This document shows positions 1 to 54,256 of a stretch of 64,000 nucleotides of DNA, piece by piece; the first letter of the stretch is position 1, and each line of letters opens with the position of its first letter. A model generated the notes under the pieces. The model searched no databases and was not told the DNA's origin. It saw only the letters and a program-made list of their open reading frames with translations. The DNA lies in NCBI RefSeq assembly GCF_009914755.1, contig NC_060943.1. One strand, written 5' to 3'. This DNA is from the human T2T-CHM13v2.0 reference genome, Homo sapiens. The translations under genes were made by a program, and so were the position numbers.

Positions 1-40
1 TATCTGCCCAGTCAGGACACGTTTTTAACATTTTTTGTAG

Positions 41-595
<555 letters not shown>

Positions 596-718
596 CAGGA
601 CATGCTGTGAGCACGGAAGGAACCCAGAAGGGGCTGGCTGTAGGTGACCAGTCCATCTCACAAGCGGGGGCAGCAGCGGGGGCAGGTGTTAGCTGCATGG
701 GCTGTGGGGTCTGGCCTC

Positions 719-963
719 TTGATGCACCCCGGCTCCTGATGCACCCCAGCCTCCTGATGCACCCCAGGTCCTGATGCACCCCGGCTCCTGATTCACCCCA
801 GGTCCTGACACACCCATCTCCTGACACACCCAGCCTCCTAATGCACCCCAGCCTCCTAATGCACCCTGGCTCCTGACGCACCCCGGCCTCCTGATGCACC
901 CCGGCCTCCTGATATACCCCAGCCTCCTGATGCATCCCGGCTCCTGATGCACCCCAGCTCCTG
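719..963. repeat. 17-18 bp minisatellite (GATGCACCCCRGC(C)TCCT), about 14 copies
   Basis: Direct tandem periodicity. Confidence 0.9.
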
Positions 964-1202
964 CTGTCTTGGGGGCGGGCCTGGGGTTCCACAAGCCCCT
1001 CATCAGACTGAGGTTCCAAACTCGCCTGTCTCGGCCTTGGCTGTGCCCGCCTTGGTCACTCCTGAACCCTCACCCCCAGGAGGGACCATGGCTGGTATCT
1101 GATGAGCTCCAGGGACTGAGTCCAATCTCCAGGAATCCAGGTTTCCTCAGAAGGTCAAGGGAAAAGCAAGATTCGGGGCTCAGACACATTGAGGTTTGCA
1201 AT

Positions 1203-1208
1203 TTTATT
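1203..1208 (-). terminator. LSM7: LSM7 polyadenylation signal AATAAA
   Basis: tttatt on plus strand, about 140 nt after the stop, in a U-rich upstream context. Confidence 0.85.
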
Positions 1209-1347
1209 AAGAAAACAAAAATTCAACCTATACAAAAAGGAAAATGCTTCCGTTCCAGGAGGCGGTACTGCGGTGGGAGCAGCAGCCAAGTCCGCGGGAA
1301 ACCGAGCTGCTCGGGCCTGCCCTGCACCCCCCGCGCCCCCGGCCAGG

Positions 1348-8239
<6,892 letters not shown>

Positions 8240-8382
8240 CTTGTCGCGCCGTGTGGCTCTTCGCAGGCACCGCCCCGCGCCCTTTGACCTCCCCCACGCG
8301 CATGCGCGGCGCATGCGTGGCCCGGGGTCTCGGGGCGTTGCTGGGAAACATCTGCCGTTGGTTGCGGCGGGCACCGGCCGAC

Positions 8383-32869
<24,487 letters not shown>

Positions 32870-33569
32870 GGGAGGGGTGAGACGCTCGCTGCCGTGCCCG
32901 CCACACCAAGATGTTGGGGCTGCCTGGCGCCCACTGGAGACAGACAGACAGACGCCTGTCCCCCGGGACCGAGGCCTGTGCCGTCCCCACCCGCCCCAAC
33001 ATGGTGCTCATCCTTGCCGAGACCCCTGCGGTCTGTGCCCGCGCCCAGCCCAGCTGCCCCGGCTGCACGCCTGCTGCTCCCAGCTCGCCCGGCTGCCACA
33101 AGCTCTCTGCGGGTCCATCCTCCCCACCGGGGTCCGTCCTCGCAGGCCCTGCCCGGCCTCTCTGCAGACCCTCAAGCGTCGTCTGCATGAGTGAGCAGGC
33201 GTGGGTGGACTCTGGCCGCGGCCACACTTGGTGCTCACCAGCTGCTTCGGCCTTCAGGTGACCTCCCTCCCCACGGCATCCTGCTCTCCGGGTGGAAGAG
33301 CAGCTTTCTGTCTCCCAGAAGGCATCGCTTTTCCCTCTTGAGCAGATCGGAGCCCCTGGGAGGTTTGGAAGCTGCCTCCAAGCCTAGGACACGGACCGGT
33401 GGCCGGGGCGGCCTCTGGCCCCTGACGCTGGCTGAGACAGGCCCGTGGGGCGGGGTTTTGGGGCGTGAACAAGGCTGGCAGTAAGTGGACAAGCTGCTCC
33501 CCTGGCTAAGGCCCTGCCCTGCCCTCAGCCAGAGGTGCCTGGCCATGCCTGCACACTCCTCCCCATTTT

Positions 33570-33575
33570 AATAAA
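33570..33575 (+). terminator. SPPL2B: SPPL2B proximal poly(A) signal AATAAA (distal ATTAAA candidates at 34441 and 34738)
   Basis: First AATAAA after the stop, preceded by a U-run and followed by GU-rich sequence. Confidence 0.75.
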
Positions 33576-33602
33576 TGGTCGCAACTTCTAGAAGTCCTGC
33601 TG

Positions 33603-33616
33603 GTGCCACCTGGTGG
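33603..33616 (-). promoter_or_regulatory. CTCF core motif CCACCAGGTGGCAC
   Basis: Exact match to CCASYAGRKGGCRS on the minus strand; occupancy not shown. Confidence 0.6.
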
Positions 33617-34744
33617 GGTGGACGTCTCTCAGACTGCCCTTCTGACAAGCAGGGGTGGGCGCCAGGCAGGCTGGGTCAGGCCCTCAGGGGTCCCTGGAGC
33701 CCTGGGAGGGAGGGACTGGGTCGTGGGAGGTCCTGGTAGCTCCCGGCACCCAACCTCGCTTCCCGTGTGGGCCCCGTGTTGCTTTTCTGCTGAGAGGGGC
33801 TTGGGCCTCGGTTCTCCCTGTGGCAGCGGCATTGGTGCCTGGGTTCTTAACCCTCTGGACCCAGCAGCTAGGAGCTTCTGGAACCCACGAGGACATCTGC
33901 CACTGGCATGGTCTACTCACTGATGGGGTCCTCCTGACTCCAGGGCAGAGACGTCCGTGCGGGAACTGACCGAGGCGTGGCCCCAGGCCCCGGCATCCTC
34001 CCCTCGCTGCACGTGGTCACTTCCGAAGCAGCGCTCCCTGTGGCCGCAGAGACAGAGCCCGCACCCTGGCTGTCTGTGGTGCCTGGGCCCCAGCTCCCGC
34101 CCGCCACCCGCCCTGTTGAGTGCGGCCTCCAGACTCGAGTCCAGAATCTGTTTCTGTCAAGTCAGTCGTCCCCAGCTGCACACGGGGACTGCTGAGCGCT
34201 GCGCTCTCACGGGTCTGTTCCGGACAGAGGGTGGCAGGGGTGAGCCCTGATCCCTTACAAAAAATACCAGCTTCCCAGGGAGTAATGGCGCCTTCACTGA
34301 AGCCATTTTGTACATGGGGACGGGGTGGGGACGTCTCTTTTTTGGTGTTGGACGTTTGACCAGTGGGGAGGGGTTCAGAGGCGGCGGTCCTGTCCTTGGC
34401 TCCGTCTGTCCGTGTGGCCTTGCTGCCATTCCGTCTGATCATTAAACACAGCTTTTGATACATATGGCCCGGCCTCTGCCTCCGCAGTGCACGGCTTGGG
34501 GCATCTGCTCTGTGCAGGTCCCGGTGAGCAGAACTGAGAGCTGGCAGGCCGCCTGGCTGTCCTGCAGAGGACGGATTGGAATTGCCACCGCAGGGCCGGC
34601 CAGTGCTGTGAGGTGCCCAGCGTCACTCCCATGGGCTCTGTGGGCCATGTGGTCCCTGTCACGCTTCTCAGCTCTGCCACTGTTGCTGGAAAGCATCACA
34701 GACCATGTGTAAAATGGGCCAAAATACCTTTTACAAAATTAAAA

Positions 34745-35455
<711 letters not shown>

Positions 35456-36404
35456 GGCCACCAGCAAGCCTCTGAGGCCACATGGCTGTGAGGGATCAGA
35501 GACATGGATTCCTCCAGGCCCTGAGCCAAACCACGACTGCCTGGCAGCGTGACGCCCTTGGCCTTAATGTGGAACAGGGTGAGGACGCAGCGGGAGATGG
35601 AGGCTCAGGCCTTACCACTCACAGCAAACCTGAATTCAAACCCACTGGGGAAGGGACGGCTTAATCACGGAAAGCGAATTCCAGAATACTTGAAGTCACA
35701 CTTAGGTTTCGGTTTTTTAACTTGAGCAGTTCCTCGATACGCTCCAGAAGGAGCACCCCCAATTGCCTTTCCACGGGGGAGCTCACTGCTCGGAGGCCAC
35801 TCGGCGCTGGCTCTGAACACCTCCCCTGTGTGCCTCTAGTGGTGATTTGTCCTGTCCAGGAAAAGAAAAAGTCGCTATGTCATTAGCTCCGGTGGACCTG
35901 AGCCTCAGGGCTGAAAGTTACAGTCAGAACTCAGCGCACAGAGCCCTGGGCTCACACCACGTCCACCTGTGACCACCTGCGGTCGTGGGCAAGTCCCTCT
36001 GCCTCCAACTCCCTGTCCTCTGGAAAGAGGGTTAGTAATGTACCTACTGCAAGGCACGACAGCCAGGATGTCACCAAATCAGCCATCTGATTGGACGCTT
36101 AGAAGCAGTCGGGACTTTTGTGCTAGTGACACACTTGATTCAGGAAGACGGGCTCCTGCCAGGCTCAGCCGGTGCCTGAGCTCCGGGGGGTGTGCACACC
36201 TCGACTGTCCAGGTCACACACGGTCCAGGGATGTCAGGGAGAGGTAGAGCTGGGGAAATGGAAACAGGCTGCTTGTTGGCACTGGGGAGGGTATTTTGTT
36301 TCTTTTCGTGGGGAGCATCCCTCTGTCTTGCAGTTTAAGTTACAAAGTGGAGCAATATGGTAACAATAGTGATTTTCTTTCACTAAGCTGACCAGAGCTT
36401 ACAC

Positions 36405-37855
36405 ATTTTTTATCCACCCACCTATCCATCCATTTATCCAACTGGCCATCCACCCATCCATCCATCCACCCACCCACCCATTTATGTAACCATCCATCCA
36501 TCCGTCCGTCCGTCTGTCCATCCATCCATCCGTCCATGCATCCATCCACCCACCCACCCACCCATTTATGCAACCATCTGTCCACACATTTATCCATCTG
36601 TTCATCCACACACCCACCCATTCACCCACCTGTCTGTTCAGTTATCCATCCGTCCATACACATACCCTCCATCCACTCATTTATCCAACCATCTATCCAC
36701 ACACCCATCCACCCATTTATCCACCCATTCATCCACCCATTCATCCACCCATTCACCTATCCACCCACTCATCCATTTATCTACCCATCCATCCACTCAT
36801 TCATCTATCCACCCATCCATTTATCCAACATCCATCCACACACCCATCCATCTATCCGTCCATCCACCCGCCCACCCACCCACCCATCCACACACCTATC
36901 CATTTATCCAACCATCCATCCACCTATCCACATACCCATCCACCCAGTTATCCAACCACCCATCCACTTATCCACATATCCATCCATCCAGCCACCCATC
37001 CACACACCCATCCACCTACTTATCCACCCATCCGTCTCCATCCATTGATCCACCATCCATTTGTCCATCCATTTACCCATTCACACATCTATTCATCCAT
37101 CCATCCATCCATCCATCCATCCATCCATCCATCCATCTACACACCCAACCATCCACTCACCCACACACCCACCCATCCACACACCCATTCATCCATCTAT
37201 CCATCCATCCATCCATCCATCCATCCATCCATCCATCCATCCATTCATCCATCCATTCAACCACCCACTCACCCATCTATCCACCCATCCACCCATCTAC
37301 CCATTCATTCATCCACCCACCCACCCATTTATCCATCCATCCACCTATCCACCCACCCACCAATCCATCCATCCATCTACCTGCCCATCTAGCCATTCAT
37401 CCATCTACCCACCCCTCCACTCATCCATCCATTTGCCCATCCATCCACCCATTATTTACCCCTCCACCCATCCATCCATCTGCCCACCCACCCATCCATC
37501 CATCTACCCACCCACCCATCCATCCATTTGCCCTTCCATTCAACCATCCATCCACCCACCTTCCACCCACCCACCCACTCATCCATTTACCCATCTATCC
37601 ACCCGTCTACTCACCCACCCATCCATCCATCCATCCACCCATCCACTCATCCATTCATCCACCCACTCACCCACCCATCCACACACACACCCATCTATCC
37701 ATTTATCCACACACACACCCATCTATCCATTTATCCACACACACACCCATCTATCCATTCACCCATTTACCGTCCGTCTGTCCATCCATCCATCCATCCC
37801 TCCATCCACCCAACCACCCATCCACCCATCCACACACACTCATCCACCCACCACT
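36405..37855. repeat. Degenerate (CCAT/CCAC)n tetranucleotide array, about 1.45 kb
   Basis: Continuous ATCC/ACCC repeats; source of the His-Pro ORFs. Confidence 0.95.
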
Positions 37856-38399
37856 CTTCACTGCTGTGTGCCAGGTCCTCTACTAAGCACCCCGTCTGGC
37901 CCAGGCAGAGAGCTGCTATAGCTGCACGAGGAACCGGGACTCAGTGTTTGGGGCCAGGTGGGAAGTCATCAGAAGGTGAGAGGGTGGAGTTCTGGAAAGA
38001 GTCCACCAATGGCCCTGAGGAAGAGAGGAGGGGGTTCCCATGGGGTCACAGGCTCTTCTCCACACGGCTCAGAGCAGGTTAGAAATGCCTCTTGGGAACC
38101 AACCGCAGCCTGCAGCCTGACAGGAGGGTGGGCAGAAGAATGCAGCAATAGGAGGCCCTGGGTGTGGAGCCCCAGCTTGAATCCCAGGAGCTGGATGACT
38201 GGCTCTCAGGGCTGTAGCCACTTCTTCTGCTTAAAAGGAGGTGACAGCTACTTTTGTGAGGCCATCATGAGAACCTAGGGGAGTCCCTGCCGAGTGCCGG
38301 GCACACAGCACATACTCAGTAGACTGGACCATTCTGCGGGCGACTGGGGAAACGTGGACCCAGGAGCTGGATCCTCCAGGACTGCTCTCCCTCCAGCAC

Positions 38400-39466
<1,067 letters not shown>

Positions 39467-39769
39467 TTACACCAGTGCCCTAGAAAACGCCCTCAGCACC
39501 TCGCCCCCAGGGCTGTCCTGGGCACACCCCTCCCTGCGCCCTGTCCTGAGTCACCTGCCCAGGTGGGCCCACCTGCCCACAGCGCCCACTCTGCGGGCAA
39601 CCCCCACCCCATGGCTCCCAGCTGCGAAGCCCACTCCCATCCCTGGCTACCCCCAACCCCTCCCCATCTCCATCGTCTTCCACTCTGGGTTGGCTCCCGC
39701 CAGGGTTGGGAATCCAGGGTGGAGGTGGCAGAGCCCTGGGACCCCTGTCCTCCGGAGACTCCAAGCCTG

Positions 39770-40090
39770 GGCGGCACCCCCGGCCCGGAGCAGGAGGTAC
39801 TGGGGAAGGGGCTTGGCAGGGGGCCGGGGGAGGGGCGGCTCCCCCACCCGGCCCCGCCCCGCCCCTCCCTTCCTCCAGCCCCGGGCCCAGCTCCGGCTTC
39901 TGCTCCACTTCGGGGTGGGCGGGATCCGGGCAGTAGCGGTGCAGCCTCGTCGTCCGGAGCGCGGTGAGTCGGGGTCTCCTGCGGGCTCAGCCTCCCCTCG
40001 GAACAGCCCCCACTTCCTCCAACCCCGGTGAGTCGGGGTCTCCTGCGGGCTCAGCCTCCCCTCGGAACAGCCCCCACTTCCTCCAACCCC
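39770..40090 (+). promoter_or_regulatory. TMPRSS9: GC-box/CpG promoter with probable non-coding first exon (likely distal TMPRSS9 exon 1)
   Basis: Local CpG cluster, GGCCCCGCCCCGCCCC GC boxes, consensus donors G|GTGAGT at 39964 and 40028; gene assignment rests on recalled gene order LSM7-SPPL2B-TMPRSS9. Confidence 0.5.
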
Positions 40091-40124
40091 ATTCGCCAAG
40101 CCCCGGGGCTGTTTGGTTGCCTCT

Positions 40125-40630
40125 GGGGCTGTGTAGAGGTGGCGTGGCGGGAGTGTGTAGATGCAGCCAGGCTGTGTAGACACCACCGGGGTTGTGGAGA
40201 GGCAGCCGGGGCTGTGTGGACGCCACTGGGGTGTGTAGACATGGCCAGGTTGTGTAGATGCGGCCAGGGTTGTGTGGACTCAGGTGCCGCGTGTAGATGT
40301 GGCCGGGGTTGTGTGGACGCAGGTGCGGCGTGTAGATGCGGCAGGGGTTGTGTGGACGCAGGTGTGGTGTGTAGATGCGGCGGGGGTTATGTGGACGCAG
40401 GTGTGGCGTGTGGATGCGGCCGGGGTTGTGTGGACTCAGGTGTGGTGTGTAGATGCACGTAGGGTTGTGTGGACGCAGCCGGGATTGTGTGGATGTATCT
40501 AGCGTGTGTAGATGTGGCTGAGATTTCTAGACGAGGCCAGGCTGGGTAGATGCCGCCAGGGTGTGTGGACGTAGCCGGGATTGTGTGGATGCAGCTGAGA
40601 TGTGTAGATACAGCTGGGGTGTGTAGATTC
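40125..40630. repeat. ~39-bp (19+20) degenerate minisatellite
   Basis: GGGGTTGTGTGGACGCAGGTGTGGYGTGTAGATGCGGC repeated. Confidence 0.85.
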
Positions 40631-40797
40631 GGCCTAGTTCCTGGAGGGGCCTGGGACCGCCGAAGCCCTCCCCATCCCTGTTCCCACCCAGAGTCCTCCC
40701 TTCTTTTCTACCCGTGAACTTCACCTAAAGCAAGAACCAAGCATCAGCCTGGAGCCCTCTGGGGTCAGGGGTGGCGGGAAAGGGGCTGACAGCTACT

Positions 40798-41055
40798 GGG
40801 ATGGGGTGCAGGGCTGGGGTGGGAGGTGAGTCTGGGGTGGGAGGCTGGGGTGGGAGGTGGGGCTGGGGTGGGAGGCTGGGGTGGGAGGTGGGGCTGGGGT
40901 AGGGTGCAGGGTTGGGATGGGGTGGGGTGCTGGGATGGGTTGGTGGGGTGCAGGGCTGGGATGGGTTGGTGGGGTGGGGTGCGGGGCTGGGATGGGGTGG
41001 GAGGTGAGTCTGGGGTGGGAGGGGGGGCTGGGGTGGGAGGCGGGGCTGGAGTGGG
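40798..41055. repeat. G-run repeat (GGGCTGGGGTGGGAGG)n, G-quadruplex-prone
   Basis: Dense GGG/GGGG runs with short loops. Confidence 0.85.
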
Positions 41056-41599
41056 TGCCAGGCATCTGACTGGAGCCTCTCCTCCCGCCCCAGTTCTCAC
41101 CCTCGGAGCCGCTTCTGAGTAAACACACACTGGGATGTAACAATTGGAGGTGGGTGAAGGGCCTGAGATGGGGTGGGTTGTTGGTATTTGCCTGAGGGAG
41201 GGTCCTCCTGGATTCAATTAGCCCCGGCAGGAAACCCAGGCTGGGGACCGTGGCGTTATCCCCGCATGACCGGGAATGACCCACATTCTGGGAATTAGGG
41301 CGGGGTCCCCAGGACAGGCGTCCGTGCTCGAGGGTCCTCTGTGGCCCAGGGACCTTCGACTTCCTTCCGTCATTTTATAGGGGGTCAAACCAGGCCTCGG
41401 ACCCAGGCATGGGCTCCAGAGGTTGCCAGAGGTTTTGGGGACTTGCCAAAGGGTTCAGGCACTGCCCCGCAGGACTGCATGGCCGGAAACACCTTGTGGG
41501 CCGCGTGGTGGCCACCGCCTTGCAGATCAGGGATGCCCCGCAGGACACCTGTGGTCCTGGCTTCCTGACGCCTTCCTGGGGGCCTGGCTGGGTGGGGCT

Positions 41600-42622
41600 G
41601 TGTGAGATTCTGGGTGAGTTGTCTGTGTGGCTGTGTGTGATTGTGTGTGATCATGTGATTGTGTGTGATGTGTGGTTGTGTGTGGCAATATATATAATTG
41701 TGTCTGTAGCTGCATATGGCCATGTGATTTGTGTGTGATTGTGTATTATATGTGTGTGTGGGGTCATGAGTGATCGTTTATGTTGTGTAATTGTGTGATT
41801 GTGTATGGTTGTGTGTGGTCATGTGTCATGTCATGCGTGATTGTGTATGGTTGTGTAATTGTGTGGTCGGGTGGGATCGTATATGGTTGTGTGTCGATGG
41901 CTGTATAACTGTGTGTATAGTTGTGTGGTCATGTGTGGTTGCGTATAGTTATGTCATGATGTTTGTGTGATTGTATAGGATTGTGTGTGGTTGTGCGAGA
42001 TTGTGTGACTGTGCAGCCATGTGTGTCATTGTGCCTGTGATTGTGGTGGAGGTGTAATTGTGTGTATGGGTGTGTGACTGCATGTGTGAGACCGTGTATG
42101 GTTGTGTGTTGTATGGGAGGTTTCTGCAGCTGTGTGGTTATAGTGTACGGTTGTGTGTGTGATTGCATGATGAGAATTGCATGATTTTGTGGATGGCTTT
42201 GTGTGGTTGTGTATGGTTGTATAATTGTGTTTGTGTGTGATTGCATATGATTGTGGCAATATGTGTAATCGTGTCTGTATGACTGTGTATGGTGGAGTTG
42301 TGATTGTATCAGTGTATGACTATATGTGTGAAGTTGTGTTTAGCTGTATGGTCATTGTATGTGAGATTTGTGGAGTTGTAACGTGGTTGTGTGTGTACTT
42401 GCATGATGAGATTGTGTATAATTTGTGGATGGTGGAGTGAGGTTGTGTGTGGTTGTATGTGGTTGTGTGAGGTGTGTTTTGTGAGGGTGTGTGTGGTTGT
42501 GGTGTGTGGTTGTGTGAGGTTGTAATGTGTGGTTGTGTTTGGTTGTGTGAGGTTGTGTGTGGTAATGTGTTGTGTGTGGTTGTGTGTTGTGTGTGTGTTG
42601 TGTGAGGTTGTGGTTGTGTGTG
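41600..42622. repeat. Degenerate (TG/TGGTTG)n low-complexity tract
   Basis: Direct inspection. Confidence 0.9.
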
Positions 42623-43424
42623 CAAATCCCCTCTTCCTAGTCTTCTCATCTGGGGCATGGGGATCAGGGTCCCAGCGCTCAGGCTGGCCTGACCGTGGGG
42701 TAATTGGGCCCTGCAGAGCCTCACGCCGCCTGCTTGTCCTGCCACGCGGAATGGGAGTCCGTGTGTGCCCCGCTGCCCACAGCGTGTGAACGTGAGTTGG
42801 GGACCATGTGGCCCACTGCGCGCTGGGTCCCGTCCCTAAAGAGCATTCTTGGACTGTCTAAAATTCCCTTTGCAGAATTTGGAATGTTTAGGGTGTAAAA
42901 TACGGAGCTTGGAGAGTCCTTAGGCAAAAGGTGTTGGTGGCCGGTTGCCCAGGCTGGGGACTCTGTCCGTGGGGCGAGAGCTTGCAGGAACGCTGGAGCA
43001 TCGGAGTTCAAACCCTGTTGTCACTGTGGTTGGTTAAGGGCTTTGCGGAGACGTGGAGGCATGGTAGATGGATCGCAGGTGAGGGCGGAATGAAGGCAAA
43101 GGCGTCCCTTCTCTGATGGCAGACACATGGGTGGAGATTTGAGGTAGGAGCAGTTGTGGGGGGGTGGGGGGACAGGCGAGAGTGTGGGAGGGAGTGAGGT
43201 CGCGTGATTCCCCGTGCATCTGTGCGTGCAACTGTGGGTGATGGAGCTGGTGCTTGGGGAGGCAGGACTGGACCCTGGGTGCCGACACTGGGGCAGGGTT
43301 TAGAGCTCCCGGCCCTGCGCCCCTCGGTCCCCCAGGCTCACCTGGCTTAGCTGGGGAGCAGGGTTCTCGGGGAGCATAACAGGGAAGCTGCCCAGCAATG
43401 TGGAGGAGTCACTAGAATTCCAAG

Positions 43425-43427
<3 letters not shown>

Positions 43428-43465
<38 letters not shown>

Positions 43466-43522
43466 CGTGTGTGTGTGAGAGAGAGAGAGAGAGTGAGAGT
43501 GGGAGGGAGGGAGGGAGGGAGA
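43428..43522. repeat. Compound microsatellite (TG)n(CG)n(TG)n(AG)n(GGGA)n
   Basis: Direct inspection. Confidence 0.95.
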
Positions 43523-43645
43523 GGCAGAGAGAGCCTTAATCTCCTCCTCTGTAAATGGGCATGCTGATATTAGCTGGACCTGTCTCCTGTATACCCTGGG
43601 ATTATTGGGAGGGCTGGATCAACTCTCATAAGCCTATGAGCCCTA

Positions 43646-43894
<249 letters not shown>

Positions 43895-44057
43895 TTAGAA
43901 GCCCAAGAATGAAGCTGAGGCGAACCTTGGGGTTTTATTGAAGTTGATGGTTGACGCAGCCCTGCAGGCTGTTCTAAGCCATTGATGTTTCTGTGTGTTG
44001 CTCTGAAATGGATGCAGAGGATAACATATTCTGGGTGATCCACTCATAACTGCATAA

Positions 44058-44252
<195 letters not shown>

Positions 44253-44356
44253 TAATTTTAGTTGTGAAGATGGTGCAGAGAGTCCCCGCACACCCACCTT
44301 CCACCCAGTGTCCCCTTGCGTTGACACCTTTGACCACAGAACAAAGAGCAAAACTG

Positions 44357-44705
<349 letters not shown>

Positions 44706-45247
44706 CTACGTTGCAATCCAGGATCCCACATTGCATTTAGGAGCTGTATTAATTTTAAATGATACAACTCATAAGTGATTGGAAGGTTATTTTTTAATCT
44801 CTGCGTTTTCCTCTGGGTCCCTTAGTATCACTCATGTTTATCGGCGTCTTCCCTCCCACACGATTACTGACTCCTTTCTCCTCTGTCCACATTATAAAGC
44901 TAAAAGAACACAAGATACCATTGCTGCAAATAGTTTTCTCACAAACACCTCTTCCCATGAAAGCCTAACAAAAAGACCATAGACAAAATGAAAAAAAAAA
45001 GGAGACCAAGCTTATTAAATTTCCTGTAGGCTTGCTGAGTGATTTATTTCATGATGTTGGGGCGATGGAGGAGGGGAGGATTTCCTGACTAGATTCAGGC
45101 CTGAGGACAGGGGACAGGAAGAAATAAGAGAGGCCATGGCGTAGACAACAGCTGTCTGTTCTATAAACGGGCTTTGGCTGCCGTGGGACCAAAGATGCGG
45201 AATCGAATGGGATGGACGTGTCCGAAAACTGTGATCATCTTGGATTA

Positions 45248-45637
<390 letters not shown>

Positions 45638-46058
45638 TTAAAAAAGAGATGGAGAAAGAGAAGAGAAGAAATTTAGAAGCTCAAGAATGAAGCTGAGGTG
45701 AACCTTTGGGTTTTATTGAAACTGCTTGGAAAAAAAGGGAACCCCCTGAATTTCTCCTTGGAGAGGTTGAACCATGGTTTTGAGCAACTAGAAAACATTG
45801 GCCATTAAAAGCAGAGAGTGAGACCCTGTCTCTACCAAAAATTTAAAAAATTAGCCGGGTGTGGTGGTGCACACCTGTAGTCCTAGCTACTCAGGCTGCC
45901 GAGGTGGGAGGATTGCTTGAGTCCAGGAGGTTGAGGCTTCAGTGAGCTGTGATAGCATCAGTGCACTCCAGCCTGGGTGACAGAGTGAAACCCTATCTCA
46001 AAAACCAAAAAAGTAAATAAGGAACACCAGACAGAAGAGCCCTGGGACCTGCCGTCCT

Positions 46059-46898
46059 GTGTATTAGTTTTTGGTTACTGCATAACAAATGTCTCTCAAA
46101 TTTAGCCAATTAAAACAACAGACATTTATTCTGTCACAGTTTCTGTGGGCCAAGGATTTGGGAGTGATTTATCTGGGTGGTTCTGGCCCATGGTCTCTCA
46201 TGAGGTTGCAGTTAAGACATGGGCCAGGGGCTGGGTGCGGTGGCTCACGCCTGTAATCCCAGCACTTTGGGAGGCTGAGGAGGGCAGATCACAAGGTCAG
46301 GAGATCAAGACCATCCTGGCTAACACGATGAAACCCCACCTCTACTAAAAATACAAAAAATTAGCCGGGCGTGGTGGCGGGCACCTGTAGTCCCAGCTAC
46401 TCAGGAGGCGGAGGCAGGAGAATGGCGTGAACCCAGGAGGTGGAGCTTGCAGTGAGCCAAGATTGCGCCACTGCACTCCAGCCTGGGCGACAGAGCGAGA
46501 CTCCATTTCAAAAAAAAAAAAAAAAAAAAGACATGGGCCAGGGCTGCCTCATCTGAAAGCTCGTCTGGGCCTGGAAGAGCCACTTCAAAGCTGGTGTCCT
46601 CATGTGGCTGTTGGTGGGAGGCCTCAGTTCCTCACCACATGGGAATCACCATAGTGCTGCTCGAGCATCCTGACAACATGGCTGCTTGCTTCCCCCAGGG
46701 CTGGTGATTCAAGGGAGAGAAAGAACAAAGCCATAGTGCTTCTATGATCTAACCTCAGAAGCCTAGATCCATTGCTTCTGGTATATTCTATTCATTACAA
46801 GTGAGTCAATAAGTCCAACACACACTCGGAGAGGGAAATTAGGCTCTGCTAGGTGAGGATAGCAAATAATTTTTGGAGATATTTAAAAACCACCACAT
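46059..46898 (-). mobile_element. MLT1 LTR interrupted by AluY-like element (46229-46529, TSD AAGACATGGGCCAGG)
   Basis: TGTATTAG...ACCACA LTR ends; TT/AAGA insertion site with duplicated flank. Confidence 0.75.
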
Positions 46899-47039
46899 CT
46901 ATAACCTTGGGCAAGTTACCTAACTCTTCGGTGCCTCCAATTCATCTTTGGTCAGAATAGAACCAGTCTCATAGGAGAAATGTGGCAATAAATGAGATGA
47001 TGACTGTAAATATTGTTTAATACAACACCTGTCACATAG

Positions 47040-54256
<7,217 letters not shown>

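Noticed and set aside
35831-35845. CTCF-like CCACTAGAGGCA on the minus strand
   Set aside because: Mismatch in the conserved GGC part of the core; too weak without ChIP data.
36536-38082. His-Pro-rich ORFs of 170-286 aa
   Set aside because: Frames of the (CCAT)n array.
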